From Flavobacteriales bacterium (lineage in GTDB: Bacteria > Bacteroidota > Bacteroidia > Flavobacteriales_C > GCA-002722245): 64,000 nucleotides of DNA. Each line of letters begins with the position of its first letter. The stretch's first letter is position 1. Of the stretch, positions 1 through 9,334 are shown piece by piece. Under the pieces are notes generated by a model, which was not told where the DNA came from, made no database searches, and was given only the letters and a program-made list of their open reading frames with translations. The DNA lies in the NCBI GenBank assembly GCA_029251005.1, contig JAQXEE010000157.1, forward strand, positions 645 to 64,644, given 5' to 3'. The position numbers and the translations under genes were made by a program.

Positions 1-12
1 TAACTTAAAGTT

Positions 13-1110
13 ATGGCTGGACATCGATTTGAAAAATACATTACTCCTAATGATGATCGAACTCCATTTCAAAAGTTGCTGGAGCTTTTTTTAGAGATAA
101 TGGTGCATACTTCTGGCGATATAGAAGAGACATTCCGCTGGATGAAAATAGTAGATGAAGAACATAAAATTACAACTCCTGATTACACACTAGAAGATTT
201 TAGAAACGATTTAGAAAAGAACGGTTATTTAAGCGACACAACCAAAGGAAGAGGTCAGAAGCTTACAGGGAAAGCTGAGCAATTAATCCGTAAAAGGTCA
301 TTAGATCAAATTTTTGGAAAATTAAAAAAGGACAGTGGTGGAAATCATCGTTCAACAAAAATTGGAAAAGGAGATGACCACACTACCGATCAGCGACCTT
401 ATCAATACGGAGATTCCTTACAGCAAATCGATTTTCAAACGAGTATTAAAAATGCACAAATAAGGGGCGGGATTGATCATTTTAATCTTAGAAATGAAGA
501 TTTAGTGGTTTTTGAAAACGAACATCAAAGCAGCATGAGCACTGTTTTAATGATTGATATTTCGCATTCTATGATATTGTACGGAGAAGATCGAATTACG
601 CCTGCTAAGAAGGTTGCGATGGCTTTAGCAGAATTAATCAGAACCAAGTACCAAAAAGACAATTTAGATGTTATTGTTTTTGGGAATGATGCTTGGCAAA
701 TACAAGTGAAAGATTTACCGTATTTGCAAGTTGGTCCGTTTCATACCAATACCGTAGCTGGTTTAGAGTTGGCAATGGATTTGCTACGAAAAAGAAAGGC
801 AGGAAATAAGCAAATATTCATGATTACCGATGGTAAGCCAACGTGCTTAAAAAATGCAGATGGGACTTACTACAAAAACAGTAACGGACAAGATCCTAAG
901 GTTTTAAGGAAAACAATCAATTTGGCGGCTCAATGTCGGAAGATGAAAATACCGGTTACCACGTTTATGATTGCACAAGATCCTTACCTACAGGAGTTTG
1001 TTGAGAAATTCACTGAAACGAATAAAGGAAAAGCATTTTATGCTGGATTAGAAGGATTAGGTAATTTCATTTTTTCAGATTACGAACAGAATAAAAAAAG
1101 AAGATCATAA
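13..1110 (+). CDS. von Willebrand factor A (vWA) domain protein with an N-terminal domain of unknown function
   Basis: In-frame stop at 1-3, so the N-terminus is complete. The C-terminal half has a vWA/MIDAS-like motif (VLMIDISHSM, DxSxS) followed by the beta-alpha pattern of the fold (ITDGKPT). It is followed 7 bp downstream by a ChlI-like ATPase. Confidence 0.7.
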   Translation: MAGHRFEKYITPNDDRTPFQKLLELFLEIMVHTSGDIEETFRWMKIVDEEHKITTPDYTLEDFRNDLEKNGYLSDTTKGRGQKLTGKAEQLIRKRSLDQIFGKLKKDSGGNHRSTKIGKGDDHTTDQRPYQYGDSLQQIDFQTSIKNAQIRGGIDHFNLRNEDLVVFENEHQSSMSTVLMIDISHSMILYGEDRITPAKKVAMALAELIRTKYQKDNLDVIVFGNDAWQIQVKDLPYLQVGPFHTNTVAGLELAMDLLRKRKAGNKQIFMITDGKPTCLKNADGTYYKNSNGQDPKVLRKTINLAAQCRKMKIPVTTFMIAQDPYLQEFVEKFTETNKGKAFYAGLEGLGNFIFSDYEQNKKRRS

Positions 1111-1117
1111 ACTCCAT

Positions 1118-2611
1118 TTGGAATTTAAAAACACAACAAAGATGAGTACTACTTCAATAAAAACATTAGGAGAATTAAAAGCTTCGGGATACGAATTTAA
1201 AACGGTAACGGAAGAATTAAGGGTTAATTTGTCTCAAAAACTCCAATCTGGAGAAAAGGTTTTTGAAAACATTATAGGTTATGACGATACGGTAATTCCT
1301 GAATTGGAAAGAGCTGTTTTAGCAGGCCATAGTATTAATTTTTTAGGACTTAGAGGACAGGGTAAAACGAAAATTGCTCGTTTACTCGTTCAACTTTTGG
1401 ATGAGTATGTTCCTGTTATAAAAGGATCTGCTTTAAACGAAGATCCTCTTTTTCCATTAACTACAGCCTCCAAAAAATTGGTGGCTGAAAAAGGAGATGA
1501 TACGCCAGTTACTTGGTGGCATCGTTCTGAACGGTATGCTGAGAAGTTAGCGACGCCTGATGTAAATATTGCTGATTTAGTAGGAGATATCGATCCTATT
1601 AAAGCGGCTAATTTAAAGTTAAGTTTATCGGATGAAGAGGTGATTAATTATGGAATTATTCCTCGATCGAATAGAGGGATTTTTGTAATCAACGAATTGC
1701 CTGATTTACAACCAAGAATTCAGGTGGCACTTTTTAATTTATTGCAAGAAGGTGATTTGCAAATTAGAGGATATAAGGTAAGAATCCCAATGGATGTTCA
1801 GTTTGTATTTACATCTAATCCTGAAGATTATACAAATAGAGGATCGATTATTACGCCTTTAAAAGATCGGATTCAAAGTCAGATTTACACTCACTATCCA
1901 ATATCTAACTTGATTGGTAGAACCATTACAAAACAAGAGGTTAAAAGGCAAAAAGGACAAGAGAATATTTTTGTCCCTGAGGTTATTGAAAAGCTGATTG
2001 AACAGGTTGCAATAGAAGCGCGAGGAAGCGAGTTTATTGATGCTAAAAGTGGAGTTTCTGCTCGTTTACCAATATCAGCGTACGAAAATGTTTTAAGTGC
2101 GGTGGAAAGAAGAATGTTAATTAATGGTGATGAAAAAGGGATTGCAAGGATTGGCGATTTAACGGCTACTATTCCTGCGATTATTGGAAAAATTGAAATG
2201 GTTTACGAAGGTGAGCAAGAAGGTGCATCCAATATTGCGCGTCGTTTGATTAACCAGGCTATCAGATCGATTGCTCCTGAATACTTTAATAATATCCAGC
2301 ATTTAAGTGATAAAAGGGCTCCTGTGGAATTAAAAGAAAAGTTCATGTTGATTACGAGTTGGTTTGAGAGTGGACAGCGCTTGGATTTACTAAATGAAAT
2401 GACGCAGTCTGATTTTGAAAATGAAATTAATAATGTTTCTGGGTTAGAAGAAAAAGTAGAAGGTTTAACATCTGTTAATTCTGAAAAATCAGTTTTGAAA
2501 GAGTTCTTACTAACTGCACTTGCTGCTTACTCTTTATTGGAGCGTAAGGATTTAAAACAAAGCGTTTCTTTTCAAGATTATTTTAGTTCTGTTGTAGGTG
2601 GGTTAGGTTAA
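1118..2611 (+). CDS. AAA+ ATPase, Mg-chelatase ChlI/BchI (MoxR-related) family
   Basis: Walker A GLRGQGKTKIARLL. The ChlI-like core IPRSNRGIFVINELPDLQPRIQVALFNLLQEGDLQIRGYKVRIPMDVQFVFTSNPEDY...PLKDRI includes sensor/arginine-finger regions. It is gene 2 of a vWA+ATPase pair. Confidence 0.7.
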   Translation: MEFKNTTKMSTTSIKTLGELKASGYEFKTVTEELRVNLSQKLQSGEKVFENIIGYDDTVIPELERAVLAGHSINFLGLRGQGKTKIARLLVQLLDEYVPVIKGSALNEDPLFPLTTASKKLVAEKGDDTPVTWWHRSERYAEKLATPDVNIADLVGDIDPIKAANLKLSLSDEEVINYGIIPRSNRGIFVINELPDLQPRIQVALFNLLQEGDLQIRGYKVRIPMDVQFVFTSNPEDYTNRGSIITPLKDRIQSQIYTHYPISNLIGRTITKQEVKRQKGQENIFVPEVIEKLIEQVAIEARGSEFIDAKSGVSARLPISAYENVLSAVERRMLINGDEKGIARIGDLTATIPAIIGKIEMVYEGEQEGASNIARRLINQAIRSIAPEYFNNIQHLSDKRAPVELKEKFMLITSWFESGQRLDLLNEMTQSDFENEINNVSGLEEKVEGLTSVNSEKSVLKEFLLTALAAYSLLERKDLKQSVSFQDYFSSVVGGLG

Positions 2612-2636
2612 AATAAATTCAAAAAAAAGAATAACT

Positions 2637-2672
2637 AGCGTAAATTATTTTATGGTGATTTACGCTTTTTTT
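2637..2672 (+). terminator. Rho-independent terminator (hairpin AGCGTAAAT/ATTTACGCT followed by a T-run)
   Basis: 9-bp perfect stem, 12-nt loop, TTTTTT. It sits right after the ATPase stop and abuts the stop of the convergent minus-strand ORF. Confidence 0.7.
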
Positions 2673-2675
2673 GTG

Positions 2676-2936
2676 CTAAATAATTTCACCACGATGAGGT
2701 TTTAACTTGTCTCTGAAAAAAACCATTTTATCTTTTGTAGTTATTAAAAAAGCAGTGCAGTACATTTCGCTAATTGGTGAAATACCCGTTTCTTCCTTTG
2801 TGTGAGATTCCTTTTTTAAGAACTCGTTGATGTGTTTCACATGATGTTCAGCTATTTTAAGCGCGTCTGCACTTCTGAAGTCCCAAATTAATTTAATTTT
2901 TTCCATTACTTTAAAAGTAGTAAAAACATGATACAT
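2676..2936 (-). CDS. small hypothetical protein (86 aa), possibly an alpha/beta-barrel type
   Basis: Intact ORF with no overlap, convergent with the ATPase. The family assignment is not secure. Confidence 0.35.
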   Translation of the reverse strand: MYHVFTTFKVMEKIKLIWDFRSADALKIAEHHVKHINEFLKKESHTKEETGISPISEMYCTAFLITTKDKMVFFRDKLKPHRGEII

Positions 2937-3227
2937 GGAATATTCCTATATGTTTTATCATTAACAGAAGTACAAGTGTGTTTGTTGGTATTGGCTTGAG
3001 TGTTCTTTTTTTGTATTTGTTTGATCACGGGTTTACCTGCAATGTTTCTTTTGCACTCGAATTTCACAAATATGAGTGGGTTGTATATTCTATTATTTTT
3101 CTTTCCAAGATTTTTGAATCTAGGTGTAAAATATTTTATGGGTCATAAATTCTTTTTTAAGAGTACCTTTGCGCCTAATCGTGAAATGATTCTTGCATTT
3201 AAATTGTCATTTCAAAACACAATTTAT

Positions 3228-4487
3228 ATGACATTTAAATCACTAGGATTAAACGAGTCTATTTTAAAGGCTATTGCAAAAAAAGGTTATACTGAACCTT
3301 CTCCAATTCAAGGAAAGGCGATTCCGGAAATATTAAAAGGACATGATGTTTTAGCATCAGCGCAAACAGGAACTGGTAAAACTGCTGGTTTTACTTTACC
3401 AATGCTTCATATTTTAGCAAAGCGTACAATAGATAGAAAAAGAAAAATTAGAGCATTGATTCTTACGCCAACGCGTGAATTAGCGGCTCAGATTTATGAG
3501 AACGTAAAAGAATACAGTACGCATTTAGATATTAGAGCAACCGTTATTTTTGGTGGTGTAAATCAAAACCCTCAAGTAAGAACTTTGCGCGAAGGTGTTG
3601 ATGTTTTAATTGCAACTCCAGGTAGATTGATGGATTTGAAATCTCAAAACGAAGTGTCGCTAAGAGATGTTGAGTTTTTTGTATTGGACGAGGCGGATAG
3701 AATGTTGGATATGGGGTTCATTAACGACATTAAAAAAATTGTAAAGGTTGTTCCTAGAGAAAGGCAAACGTTATTGTTTTCGGCTACTTTCTCTAAGGAG
3801 ATTAAAAAGTTGGCAAATGAGTTTATGCAACGTCCTGTTTTTGTTGAAGCGGCTCCTGAAAATACGGCTGCCGAAACGGTTACTCAAATTGTACACCCCG
3901 TTAACCGTACCGATAAGGCAAATGTTATTGTTAAGTTGATTAAGGGTGGTGATTGGTCGCAGGTTTTAGTTTTTACAAGAACTAAACATAAAGCCAACAG
4001 AATTGCCGATAAATTAAAGAAAAGTGATGTTTCTGCAGCTGCAATTCACGGAGACAAAAGTCAGGGTGCTAGAACGAAAGCTTTAGCTGGATTTAAAAAT
4101 GGTTCTATTCGTGTTTTAGTTGCAACTGACATTGCCGCTAGAGGATTAGATATTCCATTATTACCACACGTAGTGAACTTTGAATTACCTAATGTGCCTG
4201 AAGATTATGTTCACAGAATTGGACGTACTGGTAGAGCAGGAGCAAGTGGAGAGGCTATTTCGTTAGTAAGTCACGATGAAGAGGAATATATTAGAGATAT
4301 AGAGAAATTATTAGGTTTTAAAATCCCTAAAAAATCGATTCTTGGTTTTGAGCAAAGTCCTTTGGCTGAGGTTGAAAAATTAGAAGCTGAATTGACAAAG
4401 AAGAACGGAGGAAATAATAACCGCAGAAAACCTAATAATAGAGGTGGAGGCGGTGGAGGAAACTTCAGAAAAAAATCAAGAAGATAA
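3228..4487 (+). CDS. DEAD-box ATP-dependent RNA helicase (RhlE-like) with a Gly/Arg-rich C-terminal tail
   Basis: Motifs: Q-motif/[27 protein letters not shown] (DEAD), [13 protein letters not shown]. The ORF extends to 3000, but the conserved start MTFKSLGL is at 3228. The tail reads ...[22 protein letters not shown]. Confidence 0.9.
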   Translation: MTFKSLGLNESILKAIAKKGYTEPSPIQGKAIPEILKGHDVLASAQTGTGKTAGFTLPMLHILAKRTIDRKRKIRALILTPTRELAAQIYENVKEYSTHLDIRATVIFGGVNQNPQVRTLREGVDVLIATPGRLMDLKSQNEVSLRDVEFFVLDEADRMLDMGFINDIKKIVKVVPRERQTLLFSATFSKEIKKLANEFMQRPVFVEAAPENTAAETVTQIVHPVNRTDKANVIVKLIKGGDWSQVLVFTRTKHKANRIADKLKKSDVSAAAIHGDKSQGARTKALAGFKNGSIRVLVATDIAARGLDIPLLPHVVNFELPNVPEDYVHRIGRTGRAGASGEAISLVSHDEEEYIRDIEKLLGFKIPKKSILGFEQSPLAEVEKLEAELTKKNGGNNNRRKPNNRGGGGGGNFRKKSRR

Positions 4488-4510
4488 AAATTGTTTTTTC
4501 GATATTTATG

Positions 4511-4540
4511 AAAGCATCCTTTATGGATGCTTTTTTATTT
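4511..4540 (+). terminator. Rho-independent terminator after the helicase (AAAGCATCC/GGATGCTTT + T-run)
   Basis: 9-bp stem, 5-nt loop, followed by TTTTTTATTT. Confidence 0.65.
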
Positions 4541-5160
4541 ATATAATTTAGATATGAAAAAATTTTGTGTTAATTTCATTATTAACGCTTATTGTTAATG
4601 TTCAGGAATATTCTGTTCAGACCTGAAAAAGATGGTGTTTTTGGTGTTGGGGAAAAAGACATTTATCTAGTTTCAACTAATTACAATAGCTCAAGGTTAT
4701 CCTGCAATCAAACATTAGATTTGATTTGTTCCAGGATTTTTTCATTAAACAAAACTTTGAATTTATCACTAGAAGTGGTTTTATGTTTGGTGTTTCATTA
4801 GCAAAGACAGAAAATCCAATCATAATAAAAGTTCATATAAGGGTAACAAGTTTTGATGACGGACTTTATCTTTATGATTGTTTTGGTTAATTGGGACTTG
4901 CCATCAAATTATAACCGCTCATCAATTTTCAGGGTAAGACTCAATTTATCGACGTAGCTTTGGTGAAAATTGGAATTATGATTTTATTGTATTTATTCAC
5001 AGGACTTTTATTGACGATTGCATTATCCAAAATGATGAAAACTTGGAAGTTATCGTCTGAAATTATGGATAAAAGACCAAATTGGGTTGTAAGGACTTTT
5101 TTTGGCACATCGGACTTTGTAGCCGATTTAGTCTCGTTAAAGGTTTTTAATTAGCGTAAT

Positions 5161-6297
5161 ATGAAGTTTGTTTGGAAGCTTATTAAACGATTATTGAAAT
5201 GGACGTTCATCGTGCTTTTTTTATGCGCACTGGGTGTTTTAATTTTCATTAATTCAAGTGCTGAATTTGGAGGAGATCATTCCGATGAAGACATAGCACG
5301 TTATAAAAAAACAGGCAATTATAAAGAGGATGTGTTTTTTAACCCTGTAGAAACAACTCGAGGTTTTACTTGGGATGTTTTTGTTAAAACGTTTAAGGAA
5401 TATTTAAAAGAAAATCCAAATAGAGACCCTCAGGTTGAATTACCGCTGATTAAACAAGACTCTTTACAACTAGAACAAACTAAAAATGAATCGAAGTTAA
5501 TTTGGTTTGGACATTCTGCGTTTTTACTACAGCTGGATGGAAAGAATATTTTATTAGATCCAATGCTTGGCGAAGCACCTTCACCAGTTAAATGGCTTTC
5601 GCGAAAACGATATAGTAAAGTGTTGCCATTGGCAATAGCCGAGCTTCCGAAAATTGATTTTGTTTTTATTTCCCATGATCATTATGATCATTTAGATTTA
5701 GAAACAATTGATTTGATTAAGCATAAAGTAGGACACTTTATAGTGCCAATTGGAGTAGGTGCCCATTTTAAATCTTGGGGTGTTTTGGCGTCTAAAATTC
5801 ACGAATTTAATTGGTGGGAAGATGGAGAAGTGAATGGGTTAGAGTTTGCTTTTACACCAACCCGTCATTTTTCTGGGCGAGGGATTACGGATGCAAATGC
5901 AACGCTTTGGGGTTCATGGGTTATTAAAGGAAGGGATTCGAAAGTGTTTTTTAGTGGCGATGGTGGATATGGCGATCATTTTAAAAAGATTGGTGACACC
6001 TACGGGCCGTTTGATTTTGCATTGGTTGAATGTGGGCAGTATAATGAAAACTGGAAACAAATTCACATGCGCCCAGAAGAGTCGGCTCAGGCTATTAAAG
6101 ATTTAAATGCTAAAGTGGGAATCCCAATTCACTGGGGCGCTTTTACTTTGTCATTGCATGATTGGTTTGAACCACCTGTTCGTATTAAAAAAGCCGCCGA
6201 TTCTTTGGGTGTAAATGTTGTTACTCCTTTAATTGGTGAAGCAATTGATTTAGACTCGCTGAATATTCATTATAATCCTTGGTGGGAGAGTTTATAA
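5161..6297 (+). CDS. MBL-fold metallo-hydrolase (Lactamase_B_2 / NAPE-PLD-like), membrane-anchored
   Basis: N-terminal TM helix (FIVLFLCALGVLIFI), a FGHSAFLL motif, and the HDHYDHLD metal-binding motif. Confidence 0.75.
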   Translation: MKFVWKLIKRLLKWTFIVLFLCALGVLIFINSSAEFGGDHSDEDIARYKKTGNYKEDVFFNPVETTRGFTWDVFVKTFKEYLKENPNRDPQVELPLIKQDSLQLEQTKNESKLIWFGHSAFLLQLDGKNILLDPMLGEAPSPVKWLSRKRYSKVLPLAIAELPKIDFVFISHDHYDHLDLETIDLIKHKVGHFIVPIGVGAHFKSWGVLASKIHEFNWWEDGEVNGLEFAFTPTRHFSGRGITDANATLWGSWVIKGRDSKVFFSGDGGYGDHFKKIGDTYGPFDFALVECGQYNENWKQIHMRPEESAQAIKDLNAKVGIPIHWGAFTLSLHDWFEPPVRIKKAADSLGVNVVTPLIGEAIDLDSLNIHYNPWWESL

Positions 6298-6325
6298 ATT
6301 TCACATTTAGATTAAGTTTATACCA

Positions 6326-7369
6326 ATGGGTTTGAGATTGCAATTTGGAGGTAAAGTTACTAAGGCTTTGAAAGATCGTTATATTCAATCTCCTAATTGG
6401 ACAGGTAAGCTTTTTAGTAATCTAGTGGAAACCTCTTTATATATTCCAATTACTGCTATTCCCAAGTTGGTTTACAATCAGTTTTTTAAAAAGAAAGGTA
6501 GGTTGCCGCTAGTTTCGTTACCTATTAAAGTTTTTGATAAAGTAGCGTTTTTAGCTCCATCACAGTCAACTAAATTTGTTTGGTTTGGACATTCGGTTGT
6601 TTTATTGCGAATGAATGGAAAAACAATTTTAATTGATCCAATGTTGGGTCAGGATGCTTCACCGATTGCACCTTTTAAAACAAAACGATTTTCTCAGGGT
6701 ACTTTGGATTTGATTGATGAGTTACCCGAAATTGATTTGGTGCTTTTAACGCATGATCATTACGACCATTTGGATTTGGAAAGTATTCTTAAATTAAAAG
6801 GAAAAGTAAAACAATATTGGGTTGCACTTGGATGTGCACGCCATTTAAAAGCATGGGGCGTTAATTGTGCCATTAAAGAGTTTGATTGGTGGAGTTCGCT
6901 TAAGTTTGACGATATCGAAATTACATTTACTCCAACGCGTCATTTTGCGGGAAGAGGTTTTACTGATCGCAATAAGTCGCTTTGGGGAGGTTGGGTTTTA
7001 AAAACGAGTACTGAAAATATTTATTTTAGTGGAGACAGCGGTTACGGGGATCATTTTAAAATGGTAGGGGAGAAGTTAGGTCCGTTTGATTTTGGATTTA
7101 TGGAGTGCGGACAATACCATAAACTATGGCATCCTATTCATATGTTTCCAAGTGAAAGTGTTCAGGCTGGTATTGATGCTGGGGTTAAAAAAATGATGCC
7201 GGTTCATTGGGGAGGTTTTGCTTTGGCTTTACACCATTGGAAAACACCTGTTGATACGTTTGTTAAAGCTGCAACTTCTAAAGATGTTCGTTATTTAACC
7301 CCTGAATTGGGGGAGCTGGTAAATGTGAATGAAAATAGGAGCTCAAACTGGTGGAGTAATTATAATTAA
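6326..7369 (+). CDS. MBL-fold metallo-hydrolase, soluble paralogue of the upstream gene
   Basis: Collinear with 5161-6297 (FGHSVVLL, THDHYDHLD, FTPTRHF, GDxGYGDHFK). It lacks the N-terminal TM helix. Confidence 0.75.
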   Translation: MGLRLQFGGKVTKALKDRYIQSPNWTGKLFSNLVETSLYIPITAIPKLVYNQFFKKKGRLPLVSLPIKVFDKVAFLAPSQSTKFVWFGHSVVLLRMNGKTILIDPMLGQDASPIAPFKTKRFSQGTLDLIDELPEIDLVLLTHDHYDHLDLESILKLKGKVKQYWVALGCARHLKAWGVNCAIKEFDWWSSLKFDDIEITFTPTRHFAGRGFTDRNKSLWGGWVLKTSTENIYFSGDSGYGDHFKMVGEKLGPFDFGFMECGQYHKLWHPIHMFPSESVQAGIDAGVKKMMPVHWGGFALALHHWKTPVDTFVKAATSKDVRYLTPELGELVNVNENRSSNWWSNYN

Positions 7370-7490
7370 TGCTATAGTTTAATTTTTCAAACAAGTAATT
7401 TAAATGTGTTACTTGTTTATGAGCCGAATTTTCACCATTCAATGCTAATATCTTAATCGGTAGAAGGGTTTACAGTATTAATTGGAAAGC

Positions 7491-7530
7491 AAAAAAGAGG
7501 CGAATTCAGCAATGAATTCGCCTCTTTTTG
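7491..7530. terminator. Bidirectional intrinsic terminator (GAGGCGAATTC/GAATTCGCCTC) flanked by an A-run and a T-run
   Basis: Perfect 11-bp stem between the convergent genes that end at 7369(+) and 7541(-). Confidence 0.75.
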
Positions 7531-7540
7531 ATGTTAAATT

Positions 7541-9121
7541 TTACTTTAAAACCTGAACTTTTTCTCCAAGTAAAGCATTTCCTGATTTTATTTTTACAAA
7601 GTAAACTCCAGTCGCTAAATCAGTAGAGTTGAAAGTTAATTGAGTTCCAGATTTGTTGGTACTAATAAAAGTTTGTATTTCAACAATCCTTCCTCTTGCA
7701 TCAACTAAAAGAGCTTCACCCATTCCGTTAAATTTTGCTTGTATTTCAATTTGATCATTTGAGTTTTGAAATGCAATAAAACCTTTTTGTTTTTGAGATT
7801 CTTCAAAAGAGAAATACTTAATATTTGAATAATACGAAGTTCCATCAAAATCAACTTGTTTTAGTCGATAATATAAAGAGCCCTTTTGGGCACCATTATC
7901 AATAAAACTATAGTTGTTTGTTTCAATTGAATATCCAGCTCCTTGAGAAATACCTATTTTGAACCAATTTACTCCATCATAGGATGATTCGATTTCGAAG
8001 TGACTATTGTTGGTTTCCGATCCTGTTAACCATTCTAATAAAACACCTTCCTCATATAGGCTAACGTCAAATGCAATTAATTCTACAGGTAAAAGTAATG
8101 TTGACGTAGGTCTACAAGTTGCATTCCAATATGCTGTAGCTACAGAGGGTTTGAAAAACTGAGACTCATCTTGTTCATCACATGTACTACAATAACTGAT
8201 CATCTGTATAGGATCATATATTCCAGGAGGATTTAGATACTCCCCTGTGTATGAGCCAATTCCGTCAAAAATCTCATTACATCCTTCGTATACTACTTGC
8301 CCACGAAAATTCGGGTTAGTTAAGGTTTTTGTTTGAACATCAATTCCTCCAGTTAAAGTAACGGTTGCGTTGTTACACATCTTAAACATTCCATACAATA
8401 TTATTGAACTAGTAATATTAACATCTTGAGTAATACAAACAGTATCATCTATTCCAATTGTCTTGAAGGCTGCAGTTGTCCATTCCGTAGAATCAGGATC
8501 AAGCCATTTACTATCAGACATATCACAAGCTAAATCGCAATCTGCAACACAATCCGAAGTTGCTCTTGTAGTAAAAGTTGCTTGTGTTCCGTATGCTATA
8601 CCTTCTGTGTTTTCAGCATATGTTCTAACATAATAGTCGGTTTCAGGAGTAAGGTTATCCATCAATCCTTCAAATTCATCTCCAACAGCTGTAGAGGCAT
8701 CTACTAAAACCAGATCGTTTTCAATAGTGGGTAATGAAGTTGTACCATAAACAAATCCTCTTCTTGTTATTGTAGCCCCACCATCCGAAGTGATATTACC
8801 AACAGCGAATGATGTTGTACAATAATTTGCTCGAACTAAAGTAGGTGCCGCGTTTAGTGGTTCAATTTCCCAACAAACGGCGTGATGTATTTCCCAATCA
8901 CCAGGGTTAGTTCCAGGAGCAATGAAAAAACTACCACCACTTAAAGCTATATAATCAACATCATTGTAACTAACAATATCTCCTTCGCTGTAAGTGCCCC
9001 AAAGAGCTGCATCCCATTCATCGTAAATACAGCTAAGTGTATTTACTGCTTTCGATTCGTTAATAAAAATCACCGTAAGTATTAAAGTAATTCCTATAAA
9101 TATATCTTTGTAATTGGTCAT
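7541..9121 (-). CDS. Secreted T9SS cargo protein with carbohydrate-binding-like N-terminal and Fn3-like middle domains and a Por_Secre_tail C-terminal sorting domain
   Basis: Signal peptide. The C-terminus ...GVYFVKIKSGNALLGEKVQVLK is typical of a type A T9SS CTD. Fn3-like pattern TPETDYYVRTYAENTEGIAYG. Confidence 0.65.
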   Translation of the reverse strand: MTNYKDIFIGITLILTVIFINESKAVNTLSCIYDEWDAALWGTYSEGDIVSYNDVDYIALSGGSFFIAPGTNPGDWEIHHAVCWEIEPLNAAPTLVRANYCTTSFAVGNITSDGGATITRRGFVYGTTSLPTIENDLVLVDASTAVGDEFEGLMDNLTPETDYYVRTYAENTEGIAYGTQATFTTRATSDCVADCDLACDMSDSKWLDPDSTEWTTAAFKTIGIDDTVCITQDVNITSSIILYGMFKMCNNATVTLTGGIDVQTKTLTNPNFRGQVVYEGCNEIFDGIGSYTGEYLNPPGIYDPIQMISYCSTCDEQDESQFFKPSVATAYWNATCRPTSTLLLPVELIAFDVSLYEEGVLLEWLTGSETNNSHFEIESSYDGVNWFKIGISQGAGYSIETNNYSFIDNGAQKGSLYYRLKQVDFDGTSYYSNIKYFSFEESQKQKGFIAFQNSNDQIEIQAKFNGMGEALLVDARGRIVEIQTFISTNKSGTQLTFNSTDLATGVYFVKIKSGNALLGEKVQVLK

Positions 9122-9334
9122 ATTATTACTGGGTAAAAGTTTTATTTAATATGCAAGTGTGTTTTTAATCAGGGATACAAATGTATGAGTAAAAAACACA
9201 CAGGGCAATAATTTACACGAATAAAACTAATTTTTGATAGTTAATTAAAATATAGTCTGTTAAACAGATGGGGTTTTAAACAGATAGAAATATATCTGCG
9301 ACATTAAACTAATTATTTTTTCGTTTGTAGTAGA

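Noticed and set aside
3000-3227. N-terminal 76-codon extension of the helicase ORF ([16 protein letters not shown]...)
   Set aside because: It is hydrophobic, low-complexity and poorly coding-like. The conserved DEAD-box N-terminus and Q-motif begin at the Met at 3228. I treat it as 5' leader.
3748-3939. 63-aa ORF inside the helicase gene in another frame
   Set aside because: It is fully embedded in a strongly supported CDS. This is an alternate-frame artefact.
4592-4801. 69-aa ORF in the helicase/MBL intergenic region
   Set aside because: No RBS-like context or motif. It is probably spurious. I flagged the 64-aa TM ORF at 4960-5154 only as a possibility.
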